Origin: the human T2T-CHM13v2.0 reference genome, Homo sapiens
Assembly: GCF_009914755.1 (NCBI RefSeq)
Contig: NC_060926.1
Reading direction: 5' to 3' (one strand)
Length of the DNA: 64,000 bases
The position numbers were made by a program, and so were the translations under genes. Under the pieces are notes generated by a model. That model was not told where the DNA came from. It saw only the letters and a list, made by a program, of their open reading frames with translations, and made no database searches. Numbering within the stretch: the first letter of the stretch is position 1; every line of letters starts with the position of its first letter. Below, one piece after another: positions 22,617 to 49,248 of this stretch.

Positions 22617-23466
22617 TGCTCCAATTCCTGATACCTTTGTGCACAACTCCTTTTTTATAGAAATGGACCCAGAGATCTTCCATGGCAGGAAGTATGTGAT
22701 AAAGATACTGGAATTTCTTTGTCTCCAAATCTTGTCAGAAATAATGTGAGCCCTCACCCCCATAGAAAACCTCATGTCATTGTTTTTATTTGGTTTTGTT
22801 TGTTTTTGTTTTCTAAATTGAGATGCAGTCTTTGGGAGGCCTAGGTGGGAGGAGGATTGCATGATGCCAGTAGTTTGAGCCCAGCCTGGTCAGTAGAGCA
22901 AGACCTTGTCTCTACCAAAAATACAAAAATTAGCTGAGCGTGGTGGTGTGTGCCCGTGGTCCCAGCTAATTGGGGGGCTGAGGTGGGAGGATTGCTTAAG
23001 CCAGAAGTTTGAGGCTGCTGTGAGCCACAGTTATACCACCACACCCTAGCCTGGGGGACAGAGTGAGACCCTATGTGAAATAAATAATAAATAGGTGAGA
23101 TAGATAAATAGATAGATAGAGAGATATGGAGCTGGCTGTGTTGCCCAGATTGGTCATGAGCTCCAGCAATCTTCTTGCCTCAGTCTCCTGAATGGCTGGG
23201 ACTACAAGTGCTTTCTGCTATGGCCTGCTATTTAGGATTTTTATTAGGGGGCACTATGGTTAGATTTGCTAGGGTTAGTATATTCTGTATAACTTAAGTC
23301 ATTTGCTGGAAAAGACAGTTAGGCCGGGTAATATGGGAATAGTCTTTTTATCGACCAATAATGCTTTTTCAAGAAAGAAAAATAGTAGGTGATTAATTTT
23401 TGTTCAAAGAGATGGAACATAAAAACGTGACATTTTCTTAAAGTTGTGTGTAACTAATGATGCTAA

Positions 23467-23697
<231 letters not shown>

Positions 23698-23933
23698 TGA
23701 ACTCTTGACCTAAAGTGATCTGCCCACCTTGGCCTCCCAAAGTGCTGGGATTACAGGTGTGAGTCATGAGCATGGCCTCCATTTATTTAATTGGAAGACA
23801 CTAGAATATAAAGATTAATTTTAAGTTTAAGAAGTTATGTGGGGCTGGGTGTGGTGGCTCACACCTGTAATCCCAGCACTTTGTGAGCCAAGGCAGGTGG
23901 ATCCCTTTAGGTCAGGATTCTGAGACCAGCCTA

Positions 23934-24173
<240 letters not shown>

Positions 24174-25379
24174 TTAAGACTCTTGCCAGAACAAGAATCT
24201 GACAAATGGTTTTAAAAATGTATCTAAAAGACACAAGTATATTTTTAATTTACTCTCCTGATAGCTTGAAATCTGTTTATAAGTAACGTTGGTTTCTTTT
24301 AACAGATTGCCTGGAATGGAAAAACTAGTGATGTGTTTTTTGTCTTCCATAAGGACTGAGAGAGTATATTAAAATATAATTATCAAGACACTTCTTTGTT
24401 GAACATAGAAATTACATAGTCTACATGATCGTTTAGTTACTGTTGAACACATTTCCTGAGTATATTCTAGCTTAGGGAGCTTAATAAGTGCTTGATAATT
24501 GAGACAAGGGACCTAGCTTATAAATTCAGTGAGTTTACCGGGTGGTAATTCCTTTGAATTATGATGAAGAGACATAGACATTTGGGGCTTTTTGTTTTTT
24601 TCCAAATTGAGGAGGAATAGGGCAGAGCCGAGTTTTCTCATTTTAGCTTTGTTTAGCCATCATTTTTAAACAGCTGAATGGGGTTAGGGGCAGTCCCTGG
24701 CCAAGGCATGGAGCTGTGCTAACCAGCCCACATGCTGATGTAGAACAAGTGCACATTGGAGTGGTCTTGACATTTTGCTAATGTTGAAGTCATGCCTTAT
24801 CTTTTTGGCTTTAAAAGGAGAAAATTATCAAAGCCCCATCGTTCTTTGGCAGCAAAGAGGGTAATTTGGTGAATACTGATGTTTTACTCTCAGGGACACT
24901 ATCAAGTGCCCAGAATTTCCTTGGTGCTCTTTGGAACATAGAAGAAAACCTGACTGAGGCATTCTTGAGTTGCTTTTTAGTCTGTGAACTATAATATTCA
25001 TGAGACGCTTAACACTTCCCAAAGTGGCAGGGAGGAAACTCTTTGTTTCTTCTGATTCCACCGGAAGAGAGAGTGGACAGGACCCAGGACTTTTCGGAGT
25101 AGAGTTAGTGATTCATCTCTTGTTTGTGAGATAGATGGGGCTTGAGTAGTGAGTATCCCTTTGGGACATTTTTTTGAGGGGAAGTGAGAGGCAGCATGCT
25201 TCATTTATGCACAGTGATTGAGGTCGCTGAATAATAGATTATATGTTGCAAACATTATTAAGCACTATAAGCCTTGTTATGTCAGCTGCTAGATATCATA
25301 TGTATTTATTTTACTATATTCAGTTCCAATATGTGTGTATGACTTAATATCTTCATTAATAGATTTTCTTTTTTTCTGA

Positions 25380-25538
<159 letters not shown>

Positions 25539-25956
25539 TAGTACAGACGGGGTTTCTCCATGTTGGTCAGGCTAGTCTCAAACTCCCGAGCTCAGGTGAT
25601 CTACCCGCCTCAGTCTCCCAAAGTGCTGGGATTACAGGCGTGAGCCACTGCGCCCAGCCTGATAGATTTTCTTACTACAAATATTCAATAACTTTTAAAT
25701 TTGTATCATCTGACTTACAAATATCTTTTCATTGTGCATTCATTCATAAGTAGACTGAAAATTTGTAAATTTGAGATGGGCAACACAACTCCTCACAATT
25801 ATGTAGCTATTTCTTTTATCTCATCTCTAAACCTACCCTTCCATTATCTGCTTTGTGATGCTCGGGCTGTTGTACTCATTATATTAATATATAACCCAGT
25901 CTTATATATAACTCGTGTAATATAGTGAATTCGGCTTTAAAATATTCTAATATTCA

Positions 25957-28157
<2,201 letters not shown>

Positions 28158-31004
28158 GAGTAATATCTTCTTAATTGCAATTGACTTTAAATGTAATTTT
28201 AGATTTCGTGCTTTTTCTTTTTTTTGCTCACGCTCTGAGCAAGGGTGGCTTGTTCTGAGTCAACCTCGGACTTTTAAATGGAATACTAGACAGAGAATAG
28301 GAAAGCTTTTTTGTATACTCATTATTTGTTGTGAAACAAAACCAATTTAAGAGCAATTTGCAGCAACCATGAGAAAGGGATAAATAGGAAAGGTTCTAGC
28401 CTATAAGAATTATTTAGGAGAGAGAATACTGTAGTTCTTATCTTAATATCCAGTATTGGATGGAGAAATAGATACTCTTCTTGTCAGAGTATTAGTATAA
28501 CCAGAAAGATCAGTCAAATTGCAATGTGTACATACCCTTTGAGCCAGCAATTCTGCTTTTAGGACTTGATCTTACAGAACTTCTCACACAAGTTTGTAGA
28601 AATATACATACTGATGTGTTCATTGTAGATTTGTTTTATTTTTTCTCTGAGTTTTCTTGCTAGGAAACAATTGTTTTAATATCAAAAAATGTTTTGATAT
28701 AAAAAAAGCAAGCAAATGTTATCTTTATACTTATAGTTTTCCTGAAATGAGTAGATAGATATATAATGGGAAAAGGTATTATTTTAAAATTTGCATGTTT
28801 GAGGCCGGGCATGGTGGCTCAAACGTGTAATCCCAGCACTTTGGGAGGTCACCAGCCTGACCAACATGGTGAAACCCCATCTCTACTAAAAATACAAAAT
28901 TAGCCGGGCCTGGTGGCGCATGCCTGTAATCTCAGCTACTAGGGAGGCTGAGACAGGAGAATCACTTGAACCCGGGAGGCGGACGTTGCAGTGAGCTGAG
29001 ATTGTACCATTTCACTCCAGCCTGGGCAACAACAGTGCAACTCTGCCTCTAAAAAATAAAAAAAAAAAATGCGTAAAATAAAATTTGCACATTTGGACAT
29101 CAGATAGAGAAAATGCCACTTTACATCTATTTTTATTCCCCTCCTCGCTTGACAGTATGGCTGGTTCTGATGAAGGGAGCATTGATAGAAATCTGCTGAA
29201 AACAACTCTTTTTTAAAAAAAAAAAAAATTTAAATAGAGATGTGGTTTTGCTCTGTTGCCCAGGCTGATGGGCAATGGAGTGATCATAGCTCACTGTAGC
29301 CTCAAACTTCTGGGCTCAAGTGATCCTCCCACCTCAGCCTTCCAAGTAGCTGGGACTGCAAGTGCACACTACCATACCTGGGTAATGTAAAAAAAAGTTT
29401 TGTTGGAGAGAAGGTCTCACTATGTTGCCCAGGCTGGTCTTGAACACTTGGCCTCATGTAATCCTTCCACCCTGGCCTCCCACCGTGAGTGAACCACCAT
29501 GCTCTGCCCGAAAACAACTCTTAATCTTCCCTTTCCTAGTAGTAAAAACGTAGTCACGTTAAGTGTCATTATCATTTGAGAACAGACCTTTTTCTAACTT
29601 AGGGGAACATATTTCAAATATTTTTGTTACAGAATGCTAATCCTTCAAGAATTCTGTCAATTTCCTCCCGGTAATGTATTATGAATATGTTCATTTTGCT
29701 GTTACTTCAGCATTAGCTGTATGTTAAAAATTTTAAATAAACTTATGTGTATTTTCTGGTCATAAAAACAATATAATTTATTGTTGACATGTAGAAAATA
29801 TAGAAAAAGACACTACTTCTCTCCTTATCTGTAATTGCATTGCGCAGAAGTACTACTGACATTTTGGTATATCATTAATGCATTTTTTTTCTATTTTTTG
29901 AAACAGAGTCTCGCTCTGTTGCCCAGGCTAGAGTGCAGTGGCGTGAACATAGCTCACTGTGGCCTCCACCTCATGGGCTCAAGTGATCCTCCTGCCTCAT
30001 CCTCTTGAGTATCTGGGACTACAGGCATGTACCACTATGCCTGGCTTATTAAAATAATTTTTTTGGTAGAGTTCGGGTCTCATATTATTGTCCAGGCTGG
30101 CCTCAAACTCCTGTCCTAAAGTGATCCTCTTGCCTCGGCCTCCCAAAGTATTGGGATTACAGGTGTGAGCCAGTGAGCCTGGCCCATTTTTCTTTTCTGT
30201 AATAATTGTATGTGTGCTCACTGCTGGATTTTGGCAACATCTGACTGACAGAGGAGCCTCATTACTTGCATTGGTAGCTGCCTCTCATGTTAAGTAATGC
30301 TTATTCTTCAGTGCACCTGTTGTCATTTTTGCTTGTTCTAGCTTGGTTGGTTGGTTTTTAAATACGTGAGAAATAATGATTGCAAAATGAACAACGGAAC
30401 AGCAAGAGGAGAGAGAACAGTTAAAGGCTGGGAAAATTCCATTGTTCAGTAGTTGATAGATGTGACTGATAAGTTTGATACAGATAAAGGAGCAGAATGG
30501 AAGTTGAGTAAGCAGAGTGGTGACTCAGAAAGAGCACTCATGAAAAAACTAACCCAGTGTCACTGTTTTGGAATAGACAAAGATTTCTTAAGATTGTGAA
30601 GATATTCTCAAGTATATTCATCTAGATGCTTTACTGTTCCACTTTTTGTATCTTAGTCAGTTTTACTCAGTGTGTATGTGGTGTGAGGCCAGGTCAGTTA
30701 GGAAACTCAATTTAAAATGATATTTATATTATCCAGAAACATCAAATGAATCTAAAGAAAGATCTGTAAAACCTCTACATACAAAGTAAAATATTGCTGA
30801 AAGAATTAAAGAAAAGTTAAATAAATGTGGGATATATCATTACAATATTTGAGTTTCCCCCACATTGACCCAGTGATTCAATGTAGTTCCAAATAAAATC
30901 TCAGCAGGATTGTGTGTGTATGTATAAATTGAGAAGTTGATTCAAAAAAAGGGAAGGACTAACAACAATGAAAATAAGGATTTTTCAAATTATTATTTCT
31001 TTAT

Positions 31005-33910
<2,906 letters not shown>

Positions 33911-34369
33911 AGGAATCTTTTTAAAAAAATTTTTGCCTATTTTTTTTTTTTTGAAATGGGATCTTGTTTTGTTGCCCAGGCTGATCTTCAACTCCTGGCC
34001 TCAAGTAATCTTCCCACCTTAGTCTCTCAAAGTGCTGGGATTATAGGTGTGAGCTACCACACCTGGCCTCCATGTAAGAGAATCTTGAGAACAAAAGTTT
34101 TGAGAAGCGTTGACAAAGTCAGTCTTGACAAACAAAAGTGCTGGAGGACTTACGTTGCTTATATCATTAGATTGGAAGACACTTGTAAAGTTAGAATAAT
34201 TAAGATACGGTATATTAGTAAGTGAATTGAAAAATAAACCAATGAAACAATACAAAAGCCAGAAGAGATTCACAAGTATAATACAACTTTGTTTATGACA
34301 AAGTCTCCATGGTAATGTAATGAGGAAAAGGTAGTTGTTTTAGTAAATGGTACCAAGTCAGTTGGGTGG

Positions 34370-34799
34370 TATATGGTGGGCGTGTCTTGCCAGACAGCAA
34401 TAACTCAAGCATACCTTGAGAATGATCCTGTGTTCCTTGATGAATGTTTGTTTAGTGTTCCAGTAATGGCCAACCCTGATGTTTATGCCATACCTGTGAA
34501 GGACACCTGGATCCTGGCGTGTGCCTTGGAATGCAGGTGGTCCAAGGAACTGAGGCCCATTGTTTTCAGCTAGGTGGAGGCTGCTAAGTGGTGGTTGCTA
34601 TGCGAAGGGTACTTGCTGTAAAACCTGCATGCTTTTTATAAAAGGGAATGGTTTTTCCTGTCCAGCCTTCCCCTCCTGGACTCCCTGGACATAAGTTCCC
34701 TGAATAAAGCTTATGTCACGCTGCTGTCTTTGGGTCTTTTCTTCAGTCCTCTAGAGGCAGTGCTCTCCTAGCTTGCAAGCTTGGGAATCCAGCACAACA
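34370..34799 (+). mobile_element. ERVL-class solo LTR (MER54/MER74/LTR53-like)
   Basis: 5-bp TSD GGTGG (34365-34369 and 34800-34804); ends in CA; TATAAAA at 34637, AATAAA at 34703; GCAATAACTCAAGCATACC.TGAGAATGA motif. Confidence 0.75.
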
Positions 34800-36290
34800 G
34801 GTGGCCACAGCAGGGGAAATGTTAGGACTTCCCTTTTCCTTCTCTTTCTTTTTCCTTGGCTAGTTTTTGTTGAAGAAACTGGGATTTTGTTTCCTTTTCA
34901 CTGTTTGGATTTTGCTGATTGTATCCCCATGGTATTTTACCATGCCCCTTGAGTTTTCATCTTGGTAGTTCAGATTTTTTTTTTTTTTTTTTTGAGACAG
35001 AGTCTGTCGCCCAGGCAGGAGCAGTGGCACAATCTCTGCTCACGGCAAACTCCGCCTTCCAGGTTCAAGCCATTGTACTGGCTCAGCCTCCCAAGTACCT
35101 GGGACTACAGGTGTGCGCCACTACACCCGGCTAATTTTTTTGTATTTTAAGTAGAGACGGGGTTTCACCATGGTGGCCAGCTGGTCTCGAACTCCTGACC
35201 TTAGGTGTGATCCACCGACCTTAGGTGTGATCCACCCACCTCGGCCTCCCAAAGTGCTGGGATTATAGGCTGAGCCACTTCGCCCGGTCTGGTAGTTCAG
35301 ATTTAAAGGTATGGTTGGAGGGGTAAAAGGGAGGAACAAACGCAAGAGACAGAAAGATGGTGATGTCTAACGAGAAGTGTATAGTTTGGTTGTTGCTTTT
35401 TAGGATGTTACTGGAAGTCAATTATTGCCTAGTGATCCATAATTCAGACTTTTCTTTGTTTAGTATTTGATTTTATTTTTATTTCAATAAAACTGAATTA
35501 CTTTTATAATAAAATACAATAATTTTTAATATTATTTTTGGATTTTTATTAATTTTCATTTTGTATCTTAATGTATATTAACTTTAATTTTTAATTTTTT
35601 AATTTTTTATTTTTTGAGATGGAATCTTGCTCTTGTTGCCCAGGCTGGAGTGCAGTGGTGTGATCTTGGCTCACTGCAACCTCCACCTCCTGGGTTCAAG
35701 CAGTTCTCTGCCTCAGCCTCCTAAGTAGCTGGGATTACAGGTGCCTGCCACCACACCCAGCTAATTTTTGTATTTTCAGTAGAGACAGGGTTTCACCATT
35801 TTGCATTTTGGCCAGGCTGGTCTTGAACTGCTGACGTTGTGATCCACCTGCCTCGGCCTCCCAAATTGCTGGGATTACAGGTGTGAGCCACTGTGCCCAG
35901 CCTCTTTTTTTGTTTTTAATGTGTATTAACTTATAGCAGAGCTTCTCAACTTTGTCAGACTCAATCACTCTTTTAAATATTTTGTAACTTCCTATACTAT
36001 TCTGGTATGAAATTCATAATTTAATAGTAGACACTTGATACATGATCTTTCTTTGCATTGAATTTTGGGTTGAAAATGATTTTTCCTCAAAACTTTGAAG
36101 ATGTTTACCCCATTGTCATCAGACATCCATTGTCATTGAACATGAGTTTTATACCACATCGGTTCTCCATTCTTCGCATGTTATCTATTTCCTCTCTGAA
36201 ATCTTTTTAGAATTTTCTTATTTGTTGCATACTAAAATTTTACAGTGATGCATCAATGGTAAGGATATTTGATACACCATTGTAATTTGA

Positions 36291-36663
<373 letters not shown>

Positions 36664-36741
36664 TGAGCTAAATCTTTGATTTTTCTAGCACGTCTAGTGA
36701 TATTTTAATTTTGCCAATCATGTTTTAAAATTTGTTTTATG

Positions 36742-37074
<333 letters not shown>

Positions 37075-37151
37075 TCATTTTAATAAATCTATTATCTGCA
37101 TGCACAGTTCTGTGTTGTTGCCTAAATTGTTTCTTCAAGTTCAGTTGTTGA

Positions 37152-39820
<2,669 letters not shown>

Positions 39821-40751
39821 ACCTTCTTATTTAAAAGGCATCTCAGAAAAGAGGAGATAAACACATTGGCTTTGCCTGTCATTTAATTCATTATTCTGTT
39901 GAGACTGAAAATATTATTCCATTCTCCTCCCTGCATTGAGATGCTGTAAAACTTCTTTCAGTTAGCTCACTGAATAAAAATACCATACAATTCTGGGATT
40001 TATCTCTTCTTGTCTCTTTTTAAAACTGAGTTATTGAGTATTGACAAAACATTTCCACCTTTTTTTTTTTTTTTTTGGTTTATGTTTTACCTAGAGCAAT
40101 TAGTGTTTGAAGGGAAATTTTTCCTCGGGTTGTCCTATGTGTCAGAAACAAATAAATGAACTAAAAATATTTTATGTGTAAGCAGAATTTTCTTTTTAAA
40201 CAAAAAATATTTCAAATACTGGGCAAAGAAATAGTCGGTAGATGGGAGTAGATTGGAATAGATTGCCAGAGTGAATTTATATATTGCTGTGTTTAGGGAT
40301 GGTATATCCAGTTTGGTTAAATGCTCAGTGCAACCTGGGATCCAAAAGCAGTGGATGATAGAGCAATATATATATATATTTTTTGAGACGGAGTCTTGCT
40401 CTGTGGCCCACGCTGGAGTGCAGTAATGTGATCTCAGCTCCCTGCAATCTCTGTCTCCCAGGTTCAAGCACTTCTCCTGCCACAGCCTCCTGAGTAGCTG
40501 GGATTACAGGTGCACGCCACTATGCCCGGGTACTTTTTTGTATCTTTAGTAGAGACAGGGTTTCACCGTGTTGGCCAGGCTGATCTCGAACTCCTGACCT
40601 TGTGATTCACCTGCCTCGGCCTCCCAAAGTGCTGGGATTACAGGCGTGATCCACCGTGCCCAGCGGATAGAGCAGTCTTTTTTTGTTTTCAGGACCACAG
40701 AAAACTTATGACATGCCCTCTTGCTTTTAAAATTTAAATTTTTTTTGGTAG

Positions 40752-41615
<864 letters not shown>

Positions 41616-42789
41616 GTGGAGGGGGATTTGTAATATATGATTCAGAAATCAAAATATACAAACATGAAGTATACAATAAAATGTCTGTCTCCTGCACAGT
41701 CCCCCCAGGTCTTCAGTGTTTTAGTCTTAGGTGTACTTCCAGAAATATTCCATGCGTATAGAAGCAATGAGGTATGTATGTTTGTATGTCTAAGTAAATT
41801 GTGGAGTAAATTATGATGCTTTTATGTTGTGCTTTTGAAATGAAGTATCTTGGTGATAGGTCCATATTGGATCATAAAGATCTGCCTCATTCTTTTTTAT
41901 GGCTGTGTTGTATATCTAATTTGTTTAATCCTAACTAATGGATTTTTGGTTTTTTTAGTCTTTTGCTGTTAAAAATAATACTATAATGAATAAACTTGTG
42001 CCTAGGACATTTTAGTTGTGTGATTGTGAGTGTAGCTGCAAAATTATACCAAGTAAAATAGTTGAAAGTATCTTAATTTTTATTTTGTATTTATTTCTTC
42101 ATATTTCTCCATTGGTCAAAGCAGGGAGGTTCAGCTGAAAGGATTTGTAAATTTAATTTATGTCTATTGAGACCTTTTTTGCTACTTTCAGAGAAAAACA
42201 AGTTTTTATGGATATGTTTATTGAAAAATAAATAGTAGTGCTAACTTTATATAAGTAATAAAATAGAACTCCACTGTGGATTATTAGTCTCTCTTCAGTT
42301 TGGCTGTGAATGTTAAAAACTTACTTGGAATCTTTAAAATAATTGGTTTTCTTCCTGCTCATTTAATTATGACAGTATGTTAAAGTGTTAGGCTTTTGTA
42401 ATTTTTTTGGTAATCTATACATAAAATTTGAATTAGCCAAAAGGGTACTGTTGATACCTATAAGTAGTGCTCCTTAATAAATGAAGTTAACATGAGAAAG
42501 TTAGTTAGTATGCTTAGCCTCTTAAGATTGCTAGTAGGAGGAAAACTAGAGGAAAAATACAGTAAGTGGAGAAAAATCCTGTCACAGCTTAACATTTTAT
42601 AGTGTACATGTTTAGCATGCTCTTTTTGGAAGATGTGTGTTTATACTATATAACCTTTCCTTTGAATTAACTGCTTAACCCCTTTAAGGGCTGAAGTAGT
42701 TTTCTTCAACCAGAATCACAGTGCACAAGAGCATTTGGGTTAGATGCAAAGTATGTCCTATGTATTGTCTCAAGTACTTGTGTGTGTGT

Positions 42790-43713
<924 letters not shown>

Positions 43714-44270
43714 AAGTACTGTACTCCATATGTTGTGGAACCTCTGAGAGATTTTCCTGGTGGTCAGAGTGATTCATTTGCCATCTTGTCCAGGAGAGGA
43801 GGATCTTTCCAATAGGTATTGACTTTTTGGAACATTTCACTTTCTCCTGTAAGAGGGAAGAGTGGTATCAAGAGAAGGATATTTTTCCTACTTGATTCCT
43901 CCTTGACAGTTTCTTTCATATTTGTTATCAAATATTCAGAATTATGGTGTCTTTGCTATGCTCCACATCCCATGGATGGAATGGGCATCTCAAAACATAA
44001 TTTGTCAATCATTTTTCTTCAGAAATAGATTAATCGATTTTATTAAGCCCAAACTTCTCTTTTTGGCTTTTCATTCCTCTACTTTGTGTACACACAAACA
44101 GATGTTTCAGGGTGGTGTGTGTGTGGCTTCTTTTAAGTTTTATTTGTGAGCATCTGTTAAAGCAGTATTAGTAACAGATCTTCTATTCAAAGATCTATCT
44201 TTGAATAGAAATATTTAAAGATTTCCAGATTTAATTCTCTTTGTACTCCTTTTTAAAAAAAAAAAAATAC

Positions 44271-45199
<929 letters not shown>

Positions 45200-45274
45200 T
45201 CACTTAATATATGCAATCTTAAATGTTTGTTACCAAGATATAATTAAGAAAACCATAGTTTTCTTAATGTAGAA

Positions 45275-45489
45275 CAGTGATTCTCAACCGGGAGTGATAT
45301 TGTATCCCAGGGACATTTGACAATTTGGACAGTTTGGCTCTAACAAATGGATGAGGGGGTGCTACTGTCATCCACTGCAGAGAGGCCAGGGATGCTGCTC
45401 AACATCCTGTAGTGCATGAGACAGCCTCCACAACAAAAAATTATCTGGCCCAAAATGTCCACCAGTGGTGCCGAGGTTGAGAAAACCTG
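45275..45489. mobile_element. MER20 (hAT-Charlie) element
   Basis: TIRs CAGTGATTCTCAAC and GTTGAGAAAACCTG; internal GAGGCCAGGGATGCTGCT and TATCTGGCCCAAAATGTC. Confidence 0.85.
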
Positions 45490-45584
45490 ATATATAGAGT
45501 CATTGTACATAATCCTTGCTCCCTTGGTGTGGTAGTCATGCAAATTTATGTATTTTAATTAGGTATTTTAATTAGGATTTCTCT

Positions 45585-45931
45585 TTATTAGTCTATTCTC
45601 ACACTGCTATAGAACTACCCGAGACTGGGTAATTTGTAAGGAAAAGACTTTTAATTGATTCACAGTTCTGCATGGCTGGGGAAGACTCAGGCAACTTACA
45701 ATCATGGTGGAAGGGGAAGCAGGCATGTCTTACTTGGCAGCAGGCAAGAGAAGGAGAAGGAGGAACTGTCAAACATGTATAAAACCGTCAGATCATGTGA
45801 GAACTCACTATCATGAAACTGCCCCCGTGATCCAATCACCACCCACTAGGTCCCTCCCTCGACACGTGAGGATTATGGGGATCACAATTCAAGATGAGAT
45901 TTGGGTGGGGACACAGAGCCAAACCATATCA
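45585..45931 (-). mobile_element. THE1-type MaLR solo LTR
   Basis: TATTAGTC.ATTCTCACACTGCTATA..GAGACTGGGTAATTT..CAATTCAAGATGAGATTTGGGTGGGGACACAGAGCCAAACCATATCA. Confidence 0.85.
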
Positions 45932-46566
45932 CCCCCTTTCATTTTAAATTTAAATTTTGTTATTTTTTTAAAAGTGTATGGATATGGCTGTCTAATAATA
46001 TCCAAGGCAGTCATTTGCTTGGTTCCAACTCTGTAGTCATTTTCAACTCCTCTCGATGGTGGCTTCTGGCATTTATACTGTTCTTATATTCCTACTATTA
46101 ATTTTTCAGTTTTAGGAATTTACCTTTACTTCTCTCTTCCCTATTCCCTTTGCCATCTGTTTCTAATATTATCACAACTTTTATTTAACTTAGTAAACAG
46201 TCTTTGTGTTTTATGAACATGTCAGTATTATGTATTCTTTCTTGTATAAACTTTTGTTTTCCATGGAGTTTATCATTGTTTTACCTTTGCCTTTTGATTA
46301 AGTCTTCTAAAAATGTAAAAGTTTTTATTCTCATATATCTAAAAATATTTCTCACACTTGGCCAATGATTTGTTTAGACATAGAATTTTGGTTTGGAAAT
46401 CACTTCTCTCAGAATTTTGAATCTGTGCTATTCTGTTTTATGCGGTTGCTGTTGAGAAATCTAGTCTTCTGAAAGCATTTTGCATCTCTGATCTTTATTT
46501 TTTTATTTGATTGTTCATTGTGTTCATTGTGTTAAATGCTGTCAAAACTGTCTACTCACTGATTTA

Positions 46567-46869
<303 letters not shown>

Positions 46870-47370
46870 TCACACCACTTGCACTCCAGCCTGGGCAACA
46901 GAGCGAGACTCTATCTCAAAAAAAAAAGAATCTAGAGTTTGTGGCAAATGTAAGACTTGTAAAGTCAATAAAAAAATGTCTTTCTTTAATGAAGCAATAA
47001 TACTGTTTGTTGAACAAGGCAAGTTTAATGTCAAACTCTGCATCTATAGGAATTTTTCTGTTTTTTTTTCCCAAGACAGAATTTCACTCTGTCACCCAGG
47101 CTCGAGTGCAGTGGCATGATCTTGGCTCACTGCACCTCCTTCTCCCAGGTTCAAGCAGTTCTTGTGCCACAGCCTCCGCAGTAGCTGGGATTACAGGCGT
47201 GCACCACCACACCCAGCTAATTTTTTATATTTTAGTAGAGATGGAGTTTCACCATGTTGCCCAGGCTGGTCTTGAACTATACCTGAGCTCAGGCAATCTG
47301 CCCGCCTCAGCCTTATAGAATGCTAGGATTACAGGCGTGAGCCACGGCGCCGGGCCAGGAATGGTTTTTT

Positions 47371-47404
47371 AAGTTTAGTGAACTTAAAAAAGTTCACTAA
47401 ACTT
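47371..47404. repeat. Perfect 15-bp inverted repeat with 4-nt spacer
   Basis: AAGTTTAGTGAACTT-AAAA-AAGTTCACTAAACTT. Confidence 0.95.
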
Positions 47405-47571
47405 GGTGATGTTTGTTAATCATGTAGATTCCTGGACCCATCCCAAGACATTGAAATTCAGTAAGTCTGGTACAGCACTAAGATATCTGCACTTTTCTAA
47501 GTGGGTAGTCCCCGCTTCAAGTTGTATCAAGGTAAAAGAAAGTTTGGGCCAAGTGTGGTGGCTCATGTCTA

Positions 47572-47862
<291 letters not shown>

Positions 47863-47879
47863 CTACAGGCAGGGGGTAA

Positions 47880-48149
<270 letters not shown>

Positions 48150-49248
48150 TGACCCGCCCGCATCGGCCTCCCAAAGTGCTGGGATCATAGGCATGAGCCA
48201 CTGCGCCTGGCCCTCCTCTTTCATTTATACAAATATGTACTAGCTTTAGATAAAAGAAATATATAACCTGTATGCACATTTTTACGTTTTTCAGTCTGTA
48301 GGATTATATGGGACATACCATTAAGCAAGTAGCAGATTCCAGGCTGATCAGCGCCTGCTGTTGAACGTGTGACTTTGTTTTGTCGTAATTATTTATTCAC
48401 ATGTCTTTGTGTCCCAGCACCCTGCGCAGTCTCTGAAACAGATTATACTTTGAAAACCTTTTCAGTGACCTGTGGGAAAGTAGGTTTTCTTTATAGCAAT
48501 TCTGTACTCCTTTGTGGTTCTGTGTAGAAAAGTAGTACGAGTGATTATATGGGCCTGGAGTGATCTTTGTGTTGTGGTCTTTGATACACTTCATATCATG
48601 CTTGGGCATCTTTATTATTTAAGGATTAAAATATCGTACATGACACATGATTAGGTTCATTGCTTGAGACTCAGTATAAATTGCCTATGGTATCTGTATA
48701 CGGAATTTGATAATAGTTCCTTTAGGTTGGGGTTAGCTTAAAATTTACCATGTTTTTATCTATGAGCCAAGATTTGTTTGGCATAAAGGAAACTAACGCT
48801 TTAAATCTCTTTTTAAACCACTTTTATCAACAACTCTTGGCATGGTAATATATGTGTTAATTACATATTCATATTTACTTCATAAAATAATTCTGACTCA
48901 ACCTCTTAGCTGTTAATGTATGTACATGAAAATTGTAAATGTTAGATTTTCATTTTTAATTTGGGGAGATGTACAATATAGCTATATTAAAGAAAAATTT
49001 AAAACTTAGATCACTTATTATCCTTTCATCTTTGTATAAAAACTGCATTTCCAAAAACAATTTGTACTTCATTATAACCTGTGTTTCCTTATTTCCTAAT
49101 ATAATTATGAAAATAAAAGTTTTATAATTTAAAATCTTTTATTTCAGACCATATGGAAGAGACTTTTAAAGTATGCTATATTGTTTGTTTGAATTTTCAG
49201 TGTCCGTTAACCCTTAAAAGTCAAGGGACTATTAAAGACAGTGGTATT

